In this document: positions 54,633 to 63,150 of the stretch, piece after piece
How positions within the stretch are numbered: the stretch's first letter is position 1
Layout of the letters: every line of letters begins with the position of its first letter
DNA from: Bacteriovoracia bacterium
GTDB taxonomy: Bacteria; Bdellovibrionota; UBA1018; JBFWNL01
Direction: 5' to 3'
Length of the DNA stretch: 64,000 nt
Assembly (NCBI GenBank): GCA_050251055.1
Contig: JBFWNL010000008.1
Span: 96,001-160,000 of the forward strand
Program-made: the position numbers and the translations under genes
Notes under the pieces: generated by a model
The model's input: the letters and a program-made list of their open reading frames with translations, nothing else
What the model was told of the DNA's origin: nothing
Database searches by the model: none

Positions 54633-56160
54633 ACGGAGCTCTGGATACACATTGGTGGAAATGATGGTGGGCGTGGCCGTACTTGGAATCGCTTCCGCCG
54701 GCATTTCGACGATATTGGTACGACAAAATGGATTCTCAAGTTGGATCGGAAAGAAATCTGGACAGCTCGGCTTCTTGCACCAGCTCCAGTACGACCTTCT
54801 TTCGCAGGATCGCTGTACGTTCGCGCTGATGGGGCAACCGCTTCCCCCCGTGGGCACCGCCGAAATCGAATTTGAGTCTCGGAGCAACGCCGTCTACCGC
54901 CGCGGCTGGCGTGAATCGGGTGTCACCTTAGAATCTTTCACTATCGAGCGTGGCCCCCGCATCCGCCAAAGCTCGTCGGGAGATTACTACATGTCGCGAC
55001 TTCGCATTCGCACGTCAATGGCCGGCGATGCCGGCCAAGCCGACAAAAAAAATCGCGACCAAACTTTTCAGGTAGTCGTACAAAAGGAAGCGGGCGCCGA
55101 TCGGGTGCTCAGCTGCGGATACGGCACCTCGGAAGACCCGGTGATCTGCCCCACCGGAAAATTTCTCGCTGGCTTCGCGATGGACGGGGCGCCTATCTGC
55201 CGACCGGCCGATTTGAACGTAACGCTCAATTGTCCGCCGGGAAAATACTTGGCGGGATTCAACGCGAACTACCCCATTTGCTATCCGTTGCCGGGCCAAG
55301 GGGTGGTGGACCGCAACCCGACGAACCGGCCTCAACCGCCTCCGCCCGTCCGCGTCGACGGGGGATGGGGACCATGGGGAGCGTGCCTAAACGGATCCCA
55401 AACCCGCGTATGCAACCAGCCCCCGCCGGCGAATGGCGGCGCGGACTGTAGCGGTGCCGCAACTCGCAGCTGCGTGGCCGGGGGACCATCGCTGGACCCC
55501 ATGGAATACACCGTTCCGGGAACTTACACTTACACGGTGCCGGCCGGCATTACGGCGCAAGTACGGATCGTCGTGGTTGGAGCCGGGGCCAGCGGAAACG
55601 GTGGAGACAAAAAAGACGGCAAAGGAGGGAAAGCCGGCAACTTGATGACCGAAACCCGCACAGTTCAAGGGCCTGCTACTTACACGGTGGTGGTCGGTCA
55701 AGGAGGCATGATGTCTCGATCCGGTCCCGATAACGGTTACTACGGAAATCCGGGTACCGAATCGAAGTTCGACGGCCTAACGGCAACTGGTGGCGTGGTG
55801 GTCCGAAACGGCACTGACACCTCCCAGGGCGGCAAGGATCATTGCGCGGTAGGAAACATCGCCGCCTTAGGCCAAGACAGCCCCCTCGGCTCGGGAGGAG
55901 GTCTCTCGTGCGTATGTCACTACGCCTGCGGAAATAGTGGGAGTGCGCCGAACGAAATCGACAACTATGCGCCCGTCTACGACCCCGAACGGATGCATCA
56001 CTACCGGGGTTGCGTGCGCGACGGATTCATATCCGAACACCGGGGCGACACCATGCACGGCTGCCCCGGTACGCGACCGGGTGCAGGCGGTGGCGGCGGC
56101 AGCAACGGCAATCGCGGCGGCGCTGGCGCGCATGGCTACGTTGGAATTTTCCCAATTTGA
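54622..56160 (+). CDS. Type IV prepilin-like protein with Cys repeats, a TSP1-like motif and a glycine-rich domain
   Basis: Start moved to 54622; SG/YTLVEMMV; DGGWGPWGAC...TRVC; VVGAGASG...GAHGYV. Confidence 0.82.
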   Translation: MPTKRSSGYTLVEMMVGVAVLGIASAGISTILVRQNGFSSWIGKKSGQLGFLHQLQYDLLSQDRCTFALMGQPLPPVGTAEIEFESRSNAVYRRGWRESGVTLESFTIERGPRIRQSSSGDYYMSRLRIRTSMAGDAGQADKKNRDQTFQVVVQKEAGADRVLSCGYGTSEDPVICPTGKFLAGFAMDGAPICRPADLNVTLNCPPGKYLAGFNANYPICYPLPGQGVVDRNPTNRPQPPPPVRVDGGWGPWGACLNGSQTRVCNQPPPANGGADCSGAATRSCVAGGPSLDPMEYTVPGTYTYTVPAGITAQVRIVVVGAGASGNGGDKKDGKGGKAGNLMTETRTVQGPATYTVVVGQGGMMSRSGPDNGYYGNPGTESKFDGLTATGGVVVRNGTDTSQGGKDHCAVGNIAALGQDSPLGSGGGLSCVCHYACGNSGSAPNEIDNYAPVYDPERMHHYRGCVRDGFISEHRGDTMHGCPGTRPGAGGGGGSNGNRGGAGAHGYVGIFPI

Positions 56161-56183
56161 CCCGCCCAATGCGTTCGGCGACA

Positions 56184-57791
56184 ATGAGCGACGTGCTAAA
56201 TTCCCGCCAAATCTTCCTGCGAGTCGCGTTCGTGGGTACCCTCTGCGCAGTCGGATCCGCCTCCGCGTCGGCGGCGGGACCCGACCCGAAGCTGCTCGAG
56301 GCCCTCCGCCACACCGCCGAGGGAGATCAGACGCGGGCGATTCAAATTCTCGTGCCGCTCGCGGCGAAAGCCCCCGACGACTTCACCCTGCAGCTCGCCC
56401 TGGCGAACGCTTACTTCGGGGATCGTAACTTTAGGCAGGCACTCGAGACTTACAAACGCATCGCCGAGCGCACACCCGCCACCAATCCCCTCAACGGACT
56501 AGCGCACCTGAATCTAGCCAAGTCTTACCGCATGCTCGGCGTACTGGATTTGGCCATCGAAGAATGCAAACTCCTGCGTGAGCGCCCACTGCCCGACGCC
56601 ATTCAAAACGCCGTCATCGACGAGCGGCGCGCGCTCGCCGATGAACTCAATCAAAAATCCTTCGCGGCCTATGAATCCGCCCAGTACGGTAGCGCGTTGG
56701 GGGATCTCCGAAAATCCCTGGCTACGCACGAGACCTCGGAGGCATTTTTGCTCGCAGGGATGACCTTGCTCAAACAGGCGCGCGTTTACGAAGCGCGCGC
56801 GTACTTCAAGCAAGTACTGGCTCGCCCGGACGAGGCGAACCTGCATGACCGGGCGTTGGATTACCTCAACAAGATCCGTCAGGGGGTTTGGGAAGAGTCC
56901 GACCCTTTCCGCCTGCGCCTTTCCGTGGGCACGGGTTGGAACACCAACGCCACGAGCGAAGGCGATTCGCTGGCGAATGTTTCCCGGCCCACCGCCGACT
57001 TCCTACTAGACGCCGGGGCACTGGTGTTTCGGAATCCTATTCACAAATTTTCTTTAAACTACCTCGCTTCCTGGAACGAAATCATTGGCGTGCCGAACCT
57101 GCGCGTGATTTCTAACTCCATTTACGCCGATTGGACGCTGCGATTTGGGCCAGCGCGACTGGGCTTGGTACCCCAATATGTACATCAAATCGTGGGTGCT
57201 TCTCCGCTTCTGCATCGCCCGGGCGGCGAAGCCCGGCTGCAATTTCGCTTCGGCGATTGGGACGCAGGAGCGGAAGTATATTTAGGAAAAAGCGTCGGGC
57301 TTGGCGGCGCGGATTATCTCACCGGCCTTACCCAAACCCGAACGGTTTACACAAGCTATTCCGACAGCTTTTTCTTTCTTCGCCCCTTCGTCATGCAGAT
57401 TATCGATGATAGCGGCAGTTATTCGTTTGTCACCTACCCCTGCTCGTTCGCCGCCGGAGTTTCGGCGAGCCTCCCCTACGGCTACACCGCATGGGGCGGT
57501 GGAATCAAAGCGGGTTGGTTTCCGGAGACCGACACACGACTCTTCTTTCAGTACCGGCACCTAACGAAGACCTTCGACGGCTTCTTTGTTCCGGGCAACC
57601 TGGTGCGCGAGGATGGCGAAAACTTACTAGCGATCCAGGCCGAGCACGAGCTGGACCCCACGTGGACGCTCTACGGATCGCTAGCCACGGTGATCAACGG
57701 CTCTACCCTGGGTTCCGGCACCGCCATCGATAAAAACTATGGCCAGGTGGTACTTGGGTTAGGTGTGCAGATAAATCTTTTAAGATATTGA
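56184..57791 (+). CDS. TPR plus C-terminal outer-membrane beta-barrel protein
   Basis: Signal peptide, several TPR-like helices, then beta strands (GTGWNTN...LGLGVQINL). Start 56169 or 56184. Confidence 0.72.
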   Translation: MSDVLNSRQIFLRVAFVGTLCAVGSASASAAGPDPKLLEALRHTAEGDQTRAIQILVPLAAKAPDDFTLQLALANAYFGDRNFRQALETYKRIAERTPATNPLNGLAHLNLAKSYRMLGVLDLAIEECKLLRERPLPDAIQNAVIDERRALADELNQKSFAAYESAQYGSALGDLRKSLATHETSEAFLLAGMTLLKQARVYEARAYFKQVLARPDEANLHDRALDYLNKIRQGVWEESDPFRLRLSVGTGWNTNATSEGDSLANVSRPTADFLLDAGALVFRNPIHKFSLNYLASWNEIIGVPNLRVISNSIYADWTLRFGPARLGLVPQYVHQIVGASPLLHRPGGEARLQFRFGDWDAGAEVYLGKSVGLGGADYLTGLTQTRTVYTSYSDSFFFLRPFVMQIIDDSGSYSFVTYPCSFAAGVSASLPYGYTAWGGGIKAGWFPETDTRLFFQYRHLTKTFDGFFVPGNLVREDGENLLAIQAEHELDPTWTLYGSLATVINGSTLGSGTAIDKNYGQVVLGLGVQINLLRY

Positions 57792-57814
57792 TTTTAATAG
57801 ATAATTAATTCAGT

Positions 57815-57840
57815 AAGGAAAACCCCTACCCCAGCGTCTA
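57815..57840 (+). promoter_or_regulatory. Candidate ECF sigma promoter (copy 2)
   Basis: AAGGA-N15-CGTCTA upstream of 57865. Confidence 0.55.
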
Positions 57841-57864
57841 GCATAGGATAAGGGCGGGCAAAAG

Positions 57865-58416
57865 GTGAACTCCAACGACGATACCGATCGTTTCCTACGG
57901 GAAGCCATTGGCGAAAAAGTGAAAGCAAGCGCGACCGGCGGCCCCGTTCCGTCGCCCTATTTAAAAACGCGCGTGCTGGCGCGAATCGCAGAAACCGAGC
58001 GCGCGCGCCGAACCTCGGGCGCGTGGCGAAGATTGGCGCTGGCCACCTCCACGGCCGCGGTGCTGGCGGTCTCGTGGCTTTCCTACCAAACCTTAAAGCC
58101 AAAGCCGGACTTCGTGGCCAACGTCGAACAGGTCGTGATCATCCGCGTGGCGGTCGAAGACCTACAACACCAACCCATCGCAAAAGCGCGGATCGAGCTC
58201 GACGAAGGCGTACAATTTTATTCCGAAGGCATGCCGGCCGTGGAAACCCAGCGCTTCCTGCAACTCGCGTGGAACGCAGAGTTGATCGGCAGCCATCTGC
58301 CGATCGTGGTCACGGCCAAGAAATCGGGCGCGCGCCAGGTCCACGTTCGCTTTTTCGACGAGGCAGGTACCCAGCTTGCGGAAAAAACTATTCGGGTCCA
58401 ATTCAAGAAGGGATGA
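57865..58416 (+). CDS. Putative single-TM anti-sigma factor (paralog 1)
   Basis: Short cytoplasmic domain (PYLKTRVLAR), one TM, beta-rich periplasmic domain; paralog of 59473-60030. Confidence 0.6.
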   Translation: MNSNDDTDRFLREAIGEKVKASATGGPVPSPYLKTRVLARIAETERARRTSGAWRRLALATSTAAVLAVSWLSYQTLKPKPDFVANVEQVVIIRVAVEDLQHQPIAKARIELDEGVQFYSEGMPAVETQRFLQLAWNAELIGSHLPIVVTAKKSGARQVHVRFFDEAGTQLAEKTIRVQFKKG

Positions 58417-58805
58417 TGAGAATGGATCGCACCAAATGGCTTTGGCCCATGATGATTGTCGCCAGCTCACTTTCAACGATGGCGCTCACCTTCGGACAAG
58501 ATATCTACTCACAGCTGGTACTGAAGACGGGACCCGCATCGGTTTCAGCTTCGGGAGAAACCACGGCTAAGTCGACCAAAGCGACCCAAGCCGCCCGCGA
58601 TGCCGCCGCCGGCACCTTAGCGAGCGTGGCCCGCGCCGAACGTACGCGCGCGCTACAGGACCGAATTCGCACGCAGAGCGCCCAGGAGCTGACCACGGCC
58701 ACGTTGGCGGCACGGCAATCCGAGCGCCAGCAAGCGCGCCTGGAACAGACGGAGCGCAGTCCGGGCCGCCAGAGCGTGGAAGCGATTTCAAACCGTCGGC
58801 GCTAA
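58413..58805 (+). CDS. Small secreted Ala/Arg-rich protein
   Basis: Start moved to 58413/58422; hydrophobic signal; low-complexity helical remainder. Confidence 0.55.
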   Translation: MMRMDRTKWLWPMMIVASSLSTMALTFGQDIYSQLVLKTGPASVSASGETTAKSTKATQAARDAAAGTLASVARAERTRALQDRIRTQSAQELTTATLAARQSERQQARLEQTERSPGRQSVEAISNRRR

Positions 58806-58827
58806 GGCACCGGGGGTAAGGGGGAGC

Positions 58828-59448
58828 ATGAAGGGCACGGAAGAAAAAAGACGAGTCGTGGATCCGCCACTAATGGCCGCCATCGCCGCCGCCCGCCAAG
58901 GGGATCAGTCCGCCTTTGGTGAGGTGATCGAGCTTTCGCAAACGCGGCTCTTTCGTTTCCTCGTCTATCTTTGCGGCAAACCCGACCTCGCCCAGGACCT
59001 GGCGCAAGAGACGTACGTCAAGCTTTGGAACAATCTCAAGAAGCTAAAGGAGCCGGAAAAGTTCTGGAGCTGGCTATTTAAAATGGCGAAAAATCTTTTC
59101 ATCGACCATGTGCGCGCCGCTAAGAACTCCGATAGCTACACCCCGATCGAAGAAGCCGATCACCTACTCACCGATCTTTCGGCTGGGCAGCGCGACGTGA
59201 CCCTCGAAATTCAAACCGTGCTCGCGCAGCTGAAACCTGAGGAACGCTCCTTGATCCTGCTCATTTACTTCGAGGAGCACACCTGCGCCGAAGTAGCCGA
59301 TATTCTGGGAATCAGCGAGAATGCGGTATGGACTCGGCTGCACCGCGTACGGCAGGAGTTCGAGTCTAAATATTCAAAGTCACAGCTAATTAAAAATCAG
59401 GAAAGGATCAGCAAGCGTCCCACGTCTGGCTCCATGGGAGGAGATTAG
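58828..59448 (+). CDS. ECF-family RNA polymerase sigma factor
   Basis: Region 2 (AQDLAQETYVK, WLFKMAKNLFID) and region 4 (EVADILGISENAV.TRLHR). Confidence 0.93.
   Translation: MKGTEEKRRVVDPPLMAAIAAARQGDQSAFGEVIELSQTRLFRFLVYLCGKPDLAQDLAQETYVKLWNNLKKLKEPEKFWSWLFKMAKNLFIDHVRAAKNSDSYTPIEEADHLLTDLSAGQRDVTLEIQTVLAQLKPEERSLILLIYFEEHTCAEVADILGISENAVWTRLHRVRQEFESKYSKSQLIKNQERISKRPTSGSMGGD
59401..59428 (+). promoter_or_regulatory. Candidate ECF sigma promoter (copy 3, inside the sigma gene 3' end)
   Basis: GAAAGGA-N15-CGTCTG upstream of 59473. Confidence 0.55.
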
Positions 59449-59472
59449 GGATAACGGCATGAAGGAATAATC

Positions 59473-60030
59473 ATGGATCTGCAGAAGATAGACACGGAAG
59501 CATATTTCAAGCGTGAATTCTCGGCGCTGTTCGCGCAAGGGCGCGCCATTGCCTTTTCGCCGCCTCCCTACCTCAAAGCCCGAGTGATGGCGCGATTGCC
59601 GGAGCAGACAATCCAGGCTACCGCCCTACGCTGGAAGTGGATCACCGCGTTCAGTAGCGCTACGGCGCTCCTAGCCATGCTCTGGATTAGCTTCACCCAA
59701 CGAGCACCACGGGCGGACTTCGTTGCCCAGCTCGGGGATGTGGTCACCGTGCGGGTAGCCGTCAACGAGCTGGAACACCTCTCCATCCAGCGTGCGCGCG
59801 TGGAGCTGGAAGGCGATTTACGTTTCTACTCCCAGTCGCTGCCCGAGATCGAAGCTCGACGTTTTTTGGAACTCGCGTGGAATTCCCAAATGATTGGCTC
59901 GCATTTACCGATCTTGGTGAGCGCGGCTTCGACCGGCAGCAAGCGCGTGACTATTCGTTTCTATGATGAAAAAGGCCAGGAAGTGGCCCTGAAAACCTTG
60001 GACGTCGAGTTCAAGAAAGCGGTGATATAG
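59473..60030 (+). CDS. Putative single-TM anti-sigma factor (paralog 2)
   Basis: Directly follows the ECF sigma; PYLKARVMAR, TM, LAWN...IGSHLPI shared with paralog 1. Confidence 0.65.
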   Translation: MDLQKIDTEAYFKREFSALFAQGRAIAFSPPPYLKARVMARLPEQTIQATALRWKWITAFSSATALLAMLWISFTQRAPRADFVAQLGDVVTVRVAVNELEHLSIQRARVELEGDLRFYSQSLPEIEARRFLELAWNSQMIGSHLPILVSAASTGSKRVTIRFYDEKGQEVALKTLDVEFKKAVI

Positions 60031-60393
60031 ATGAAAAATTTATTATTGATGGTGTTTCTGCTCCTTGGTTTAGGCGCTACGATCACACGCGCGGACAGCT
60101 TTGAAGCTGCAAAAAAGGGCCAAGTCAAAGGCGACGACGCCGAAAAATTCGACCAAGTACTGCAGCAGCTCGTCCTCACAGGAAACCCCGGCACCGGTGC
60201 ACGCCCGACGGCAACACCTAACCCGGCCAAGCCTGGGAAACCCGACAGTGCCGTGGCCAGCGCGCGCGACAAGAAAGCTCCGGCGGATCCGCGCGCGGCG
60301 GCGGCGTTAGCTAACCGCGCTCCGAAACCGGGTACTGCCCCTGGAACCGGGACCGTGAATACGCCCGGCGCGATTCCGGCGCGAAAGAAATAG
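60031..60393 (+). CDS. Small secreted Pro/Ala-rich protein
   Basis: Clear signal peptide; abuts the previous stop codon. Confidence 0.65.
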   Translation: MKNLLLMVFLLLGLGATITRADSFEAAKKGQVKGDDAEKFDQVLQQLVLTGNPGTGARPTATPNPAKPGKPDSAVASARDKKAPADPRAAAALANRAPKPGTAPGTGTVNTPGAIPARKK

Positions 60394-60422
60394 GCTCAAC
60401 ACAAGCCCAAAAACGCTTTGGC

Positions 60423-61577
60423 TTATTTGGAAGTGGGATAGTACCCGGGCTGGCTGAAGAATGGGCCGTTAAACGGGGCGCTCACCGAAGCGAACGGCGT
60501 CGGGTTGATTTCCGTGAGGGAAGACAAAATCTCGTAGGTCCGAAGCGCCAAATCCGCCGCCGACGTGTTTTGGGTGATTAGCCAACGTCCATCCGAGGAA
60601 ATCGCCCGGAGCTCTCCCACCGCATAACAGTTGGCCTGGGTCAGGGTGCCGGCTTCTTCGTCCAAGCGATAAAAGCAAGGGTTCGTGCCGGTGACGGAAA
60701 CCCGGTGGTCCAAAGGCGAAGTGAAGAGCGGAGTCGTGTTAAAATTCACGTTCGTGGTTCCCGTAAATGTTCCCGTCGATACCGCTTGAAACGTGCAGCC
60801 ATTACTGCAGTAACGATAACTCGTGACCTCAATTCCAGCGGGAAAGGTGGCCAGCTTATAGTGCAGCATGTGCTGAGCGTCCGCCGAAAAATCCACCTGT
60901 AAATTGCCGAAAGCGCCTCCCGCGGTCAGTGACAAAACCGGATTCGGATCGAAAGCATCGGTGACCCAAAGTTTATAGAGGGTGGTCGAACCCGCGTTCG
61001 GCCCAATCGAGGCGAACAAGGATCCCCCATCCCCAATGGAAGGGGGCACCAGGCGGGTGGTCGTACGACCGGTGTTTTCGGCTAACCGAGTGAGCGCCCC
61101 ACTCGATGTATTCAGCCGAAAAACAAATTCTCGAGCGCCTCCGACGATCACCAATCCGCTTTCCCCGGAAGCCGACAAAGAAGTATCCACCCCGATCCCC
61201 GGCGGGACGAATAGATCTTTTCCGTCTACTTCCGAAATCGCCGCGCCGTTGACGCCAATCTCCCAAGCCACCAGTCGGCTCGGAACCGAACCCACCGTCG
61301 CACCTTCACAAACGGTGAGCACGAATCGGCCAGCCGTGGTCACTGCGCGCACCGTACAACCGCTGATATCAAACGGAGACCCAGAAAGGGCGGTGAGCGC
61401 GCCCGTGGAGAGCTGCAAACGGTAGATCGCGACTCGATCCAACCCCCCCGGCGATACCCCCGTATGAGCACCCGCCGCAACCAGATCGCCCCCTTGAACG
61501 GGACGACGGAACTGGGCGCAGGCGCTAAACGCCAGAATCGAACCTAAAATTAAACATGGTAGGCGGAAAAGCCTCAC
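60423..61577 (-). CDS. Lipoprotein, probable beta-propeller (lactonase-like repeats)
   Basis: GTG start at 61577, FSAC lipobox, repeated (S/T)GALT..L / GTLT blade motifs. Confidence 0.6.
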   Translation of the reverse strand: MRLFRLPCLILGSILAFSACAQFRRPVQGGDLVAAGAHTGVSPGGLDRVAIYRLQLSTGALTALSGSPFDISGCTVRAVTTAGRFVLTVCEGATVGSVPSRLVAWEIGVNGAAISEVDGKDLFVPPGIGVDTSLSASGESGLVIVGGAREFVFRLNTSSGALTRLAENTGRTTTRLVPPSIGDGGSLFASIGPNAGSTTLYKLWVTDAFDPNPVLSLTAGGAFGNLQVDFSADAQHMLHYKLATFPAGIEVTSYRYCSNGCTFQAVSTGTFTGTTNVNFNTTPLFTSPLDHRVSVTGTNPCFYRLDEEAGTLTQANCYAVGELRAISSDGRWLITQNTSAADLALRTYEILSSLTEINPTPFASVSAPFNGPFFSQPGYYPTSK

Positions 61578-61620
61578 GTCGGTACGATAGCACCGGCCGC
61601 CGGGCCGAAGAACCGGAAAA

Positions 61621-62979
61621 TCAAGGAACGACTTCAAGAATGCCGTGCTGAATGAGCGGAAACGCGGGCGTCTCCAGGAAGATCGGATCGTACTCGAACT
61701 GCAGCTCGCCCACGGCAAAGAGCGAGACTTCGGCGACTACGACCCCCTTAAAGGGCCCATAGTAACGGCTATGCACCTGCGGCGCGTTCAGAAGTACGTG
61801 CTCATACCCAATGTTGACGCGGGTACGAGTCGTCCCGGCGGGGTCAACATAGGTAACGTAACTGTAACTCTGTCCGGGGGTAGCCGCGTCCACCAGATCG
61901 GCGCCAAGGCGCTGCGCTTCGGCCAGTACTGACTGCGACTTTTCCAAGATCGTGCCCGGGCCGCGCGTCGGCGCCATGTGGGCGTAGGGGTAACTGACTA
62001 ACCGATTCTCCAGGCTTGCGTAATCAAACCCCATGACGATCGCCTTGGCGCTCGTGATCTGCAGGTTCGAACCGTCGTTTTGGTATTGGATTTTTCCCTG
62101 GATGAATACCGTATCCGACGCGTAAATGCGGCAGCCGCCCGGACCGCTGGCGAGGAGCAAATCGCGCAAAAAGAGCGTGCCTTTAATGATCAGATCGCCT
62201 TCACAATAAAACACGGATCCCGTTTGGTTACGGTAGTAGGCGTTCGTTCCGGAGCCCACGAGCTCAAGACCCGCCAGCCCCGTGGTCCAGTCTGGCCGAA
62301 AAGCATAGGCCTGATCGGCGGGGCTAGATCCCACCGCGGGATCGAGGGCCAGGATCTGAGCGCGCGTAGGCGCGCCGATGTAAAGCGCACTGACTTCCAA
62401 AAGCGGAGGAAGGCCATCCAAGGGAGACACCACGCGCGACATCGCTGGTCGAAGCTGGTGCCCCCAGGCGCCGTAAGTAGGTGCGTAGTAGTCGTTGGAC
62501 ATGAAGCTCATTAATGAAAGCGGGGCCACGGTGGGCTCGCCCGGCTTGGTCATCGACTGCAGCACAAGCGGATCGGAAATCGTGGCACGAGGGATCACGA
62601 CGCTGCCTTCGATCTTGCTCACGTAGGAAGGTAGGCTTCCGGGATACGCGGGTTTGGTTCCGTCGGCGGGGGTCCAACCGTGATACGGATTTCCATAGTA
62701 GTCAGAACCCAAGCCGTACTGATGGGCGCCCATGAACCAGGGATCGCCGTACCCGAAATCGGTGATAACGTTCGCTTTCACATCGGCGTGACACATCAAG
62801 CAGGAAATGCCGCGTACCGCGAGCACGGGCCGCAGACGGCGCAGGACTTCGTCTACCGGGCCGGTAACCGAAACGCCCGGGGGGGAATTCTGGGGAAAAC
62901 TCACGACGGGAATGCCGGCCGTGCAGCCAGTTGCCAGGGCCAACAAAAGACACGCGCCCACGATTTTATGCGACTTCAA
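61621..62979 (-). CDS. Lipoprotein with a CxxCH motif
   Basis: TTG start with GGAGG RBS, ATGC lipobox, ISCLMCHADV. Confidence 0.7.
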   Translation of the reverse strand: MKSHKIVGACLLLALATGCTAGIPVVSFPQNSPPGVSVTGPVDEVLRRLRPVLAVRGISCLMCHADVKANVITDFGYGDPWFMGAHQYGLGSDYYGNPYHGWTPADGTKPAYPGSLPSYVSKIEGSVVIPRATISDPLVLQSMTKPGEPTVAPLSLMSFMSNDYYAPTYGAWGHQLRPAMSRVVSPLDGLPPLLEVSALYIGAPTRAQILALDPAVGSSPADQAYAFRPDWTTGLAGLELVGSGTNAYYRNQTGSVFYCEGDLIIKGTLFLRDLLLASGPGGCRIYASDTVFIQGKIQYQNDGSNLQITSAKAIVMGFDYASLENRLVSYPYAHMAPTRGPGTILEKSQSVLAEAQRLGADLVDAATPGQSYSYVTYVDPAGTTRTRVNIGYEHVLLNAPQVHSRYYGPFKGVVVAEVSLFAVGELQFEYDPIFLETPAFPLIQHGILEVVP

Positions 62980-63012
62980 AGTTGCCTCCTCACACTCTCA
63001 AGGAGGAAGGAT

Positions 63013-63028
63013 TGCAAGACCAAAGCCG
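63013..63028 (-). promoter_or_regulatory. Candidate sigma-54 promoter
   Basis: Minus strand CGGCTTTGGTCTTGCA = GG-N10-GC, about 33 nt before the 62979 start. Confidence 0.4.
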
Positions 63029-63150
63029 ATTAAAACCGAATCCCGGGGAGCGCAGAGAACATTATAGCGTGCGAAAAACACGACCCTCTGCCAGATGCTT
63101 GAATAGCTGTCTAAAAGTTCGACAGTTCCTGCGGGCTCGGGAGAAGCTGC

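Noticed and set aside
52944-56183. Long apparent overlaps between pilin ORFs and the TPR gene, suggesting frameshifting
   Set aside because: Resolved by downstream starts (53229, 54622, 56184) that give normal signal motifs and only short overlaps.
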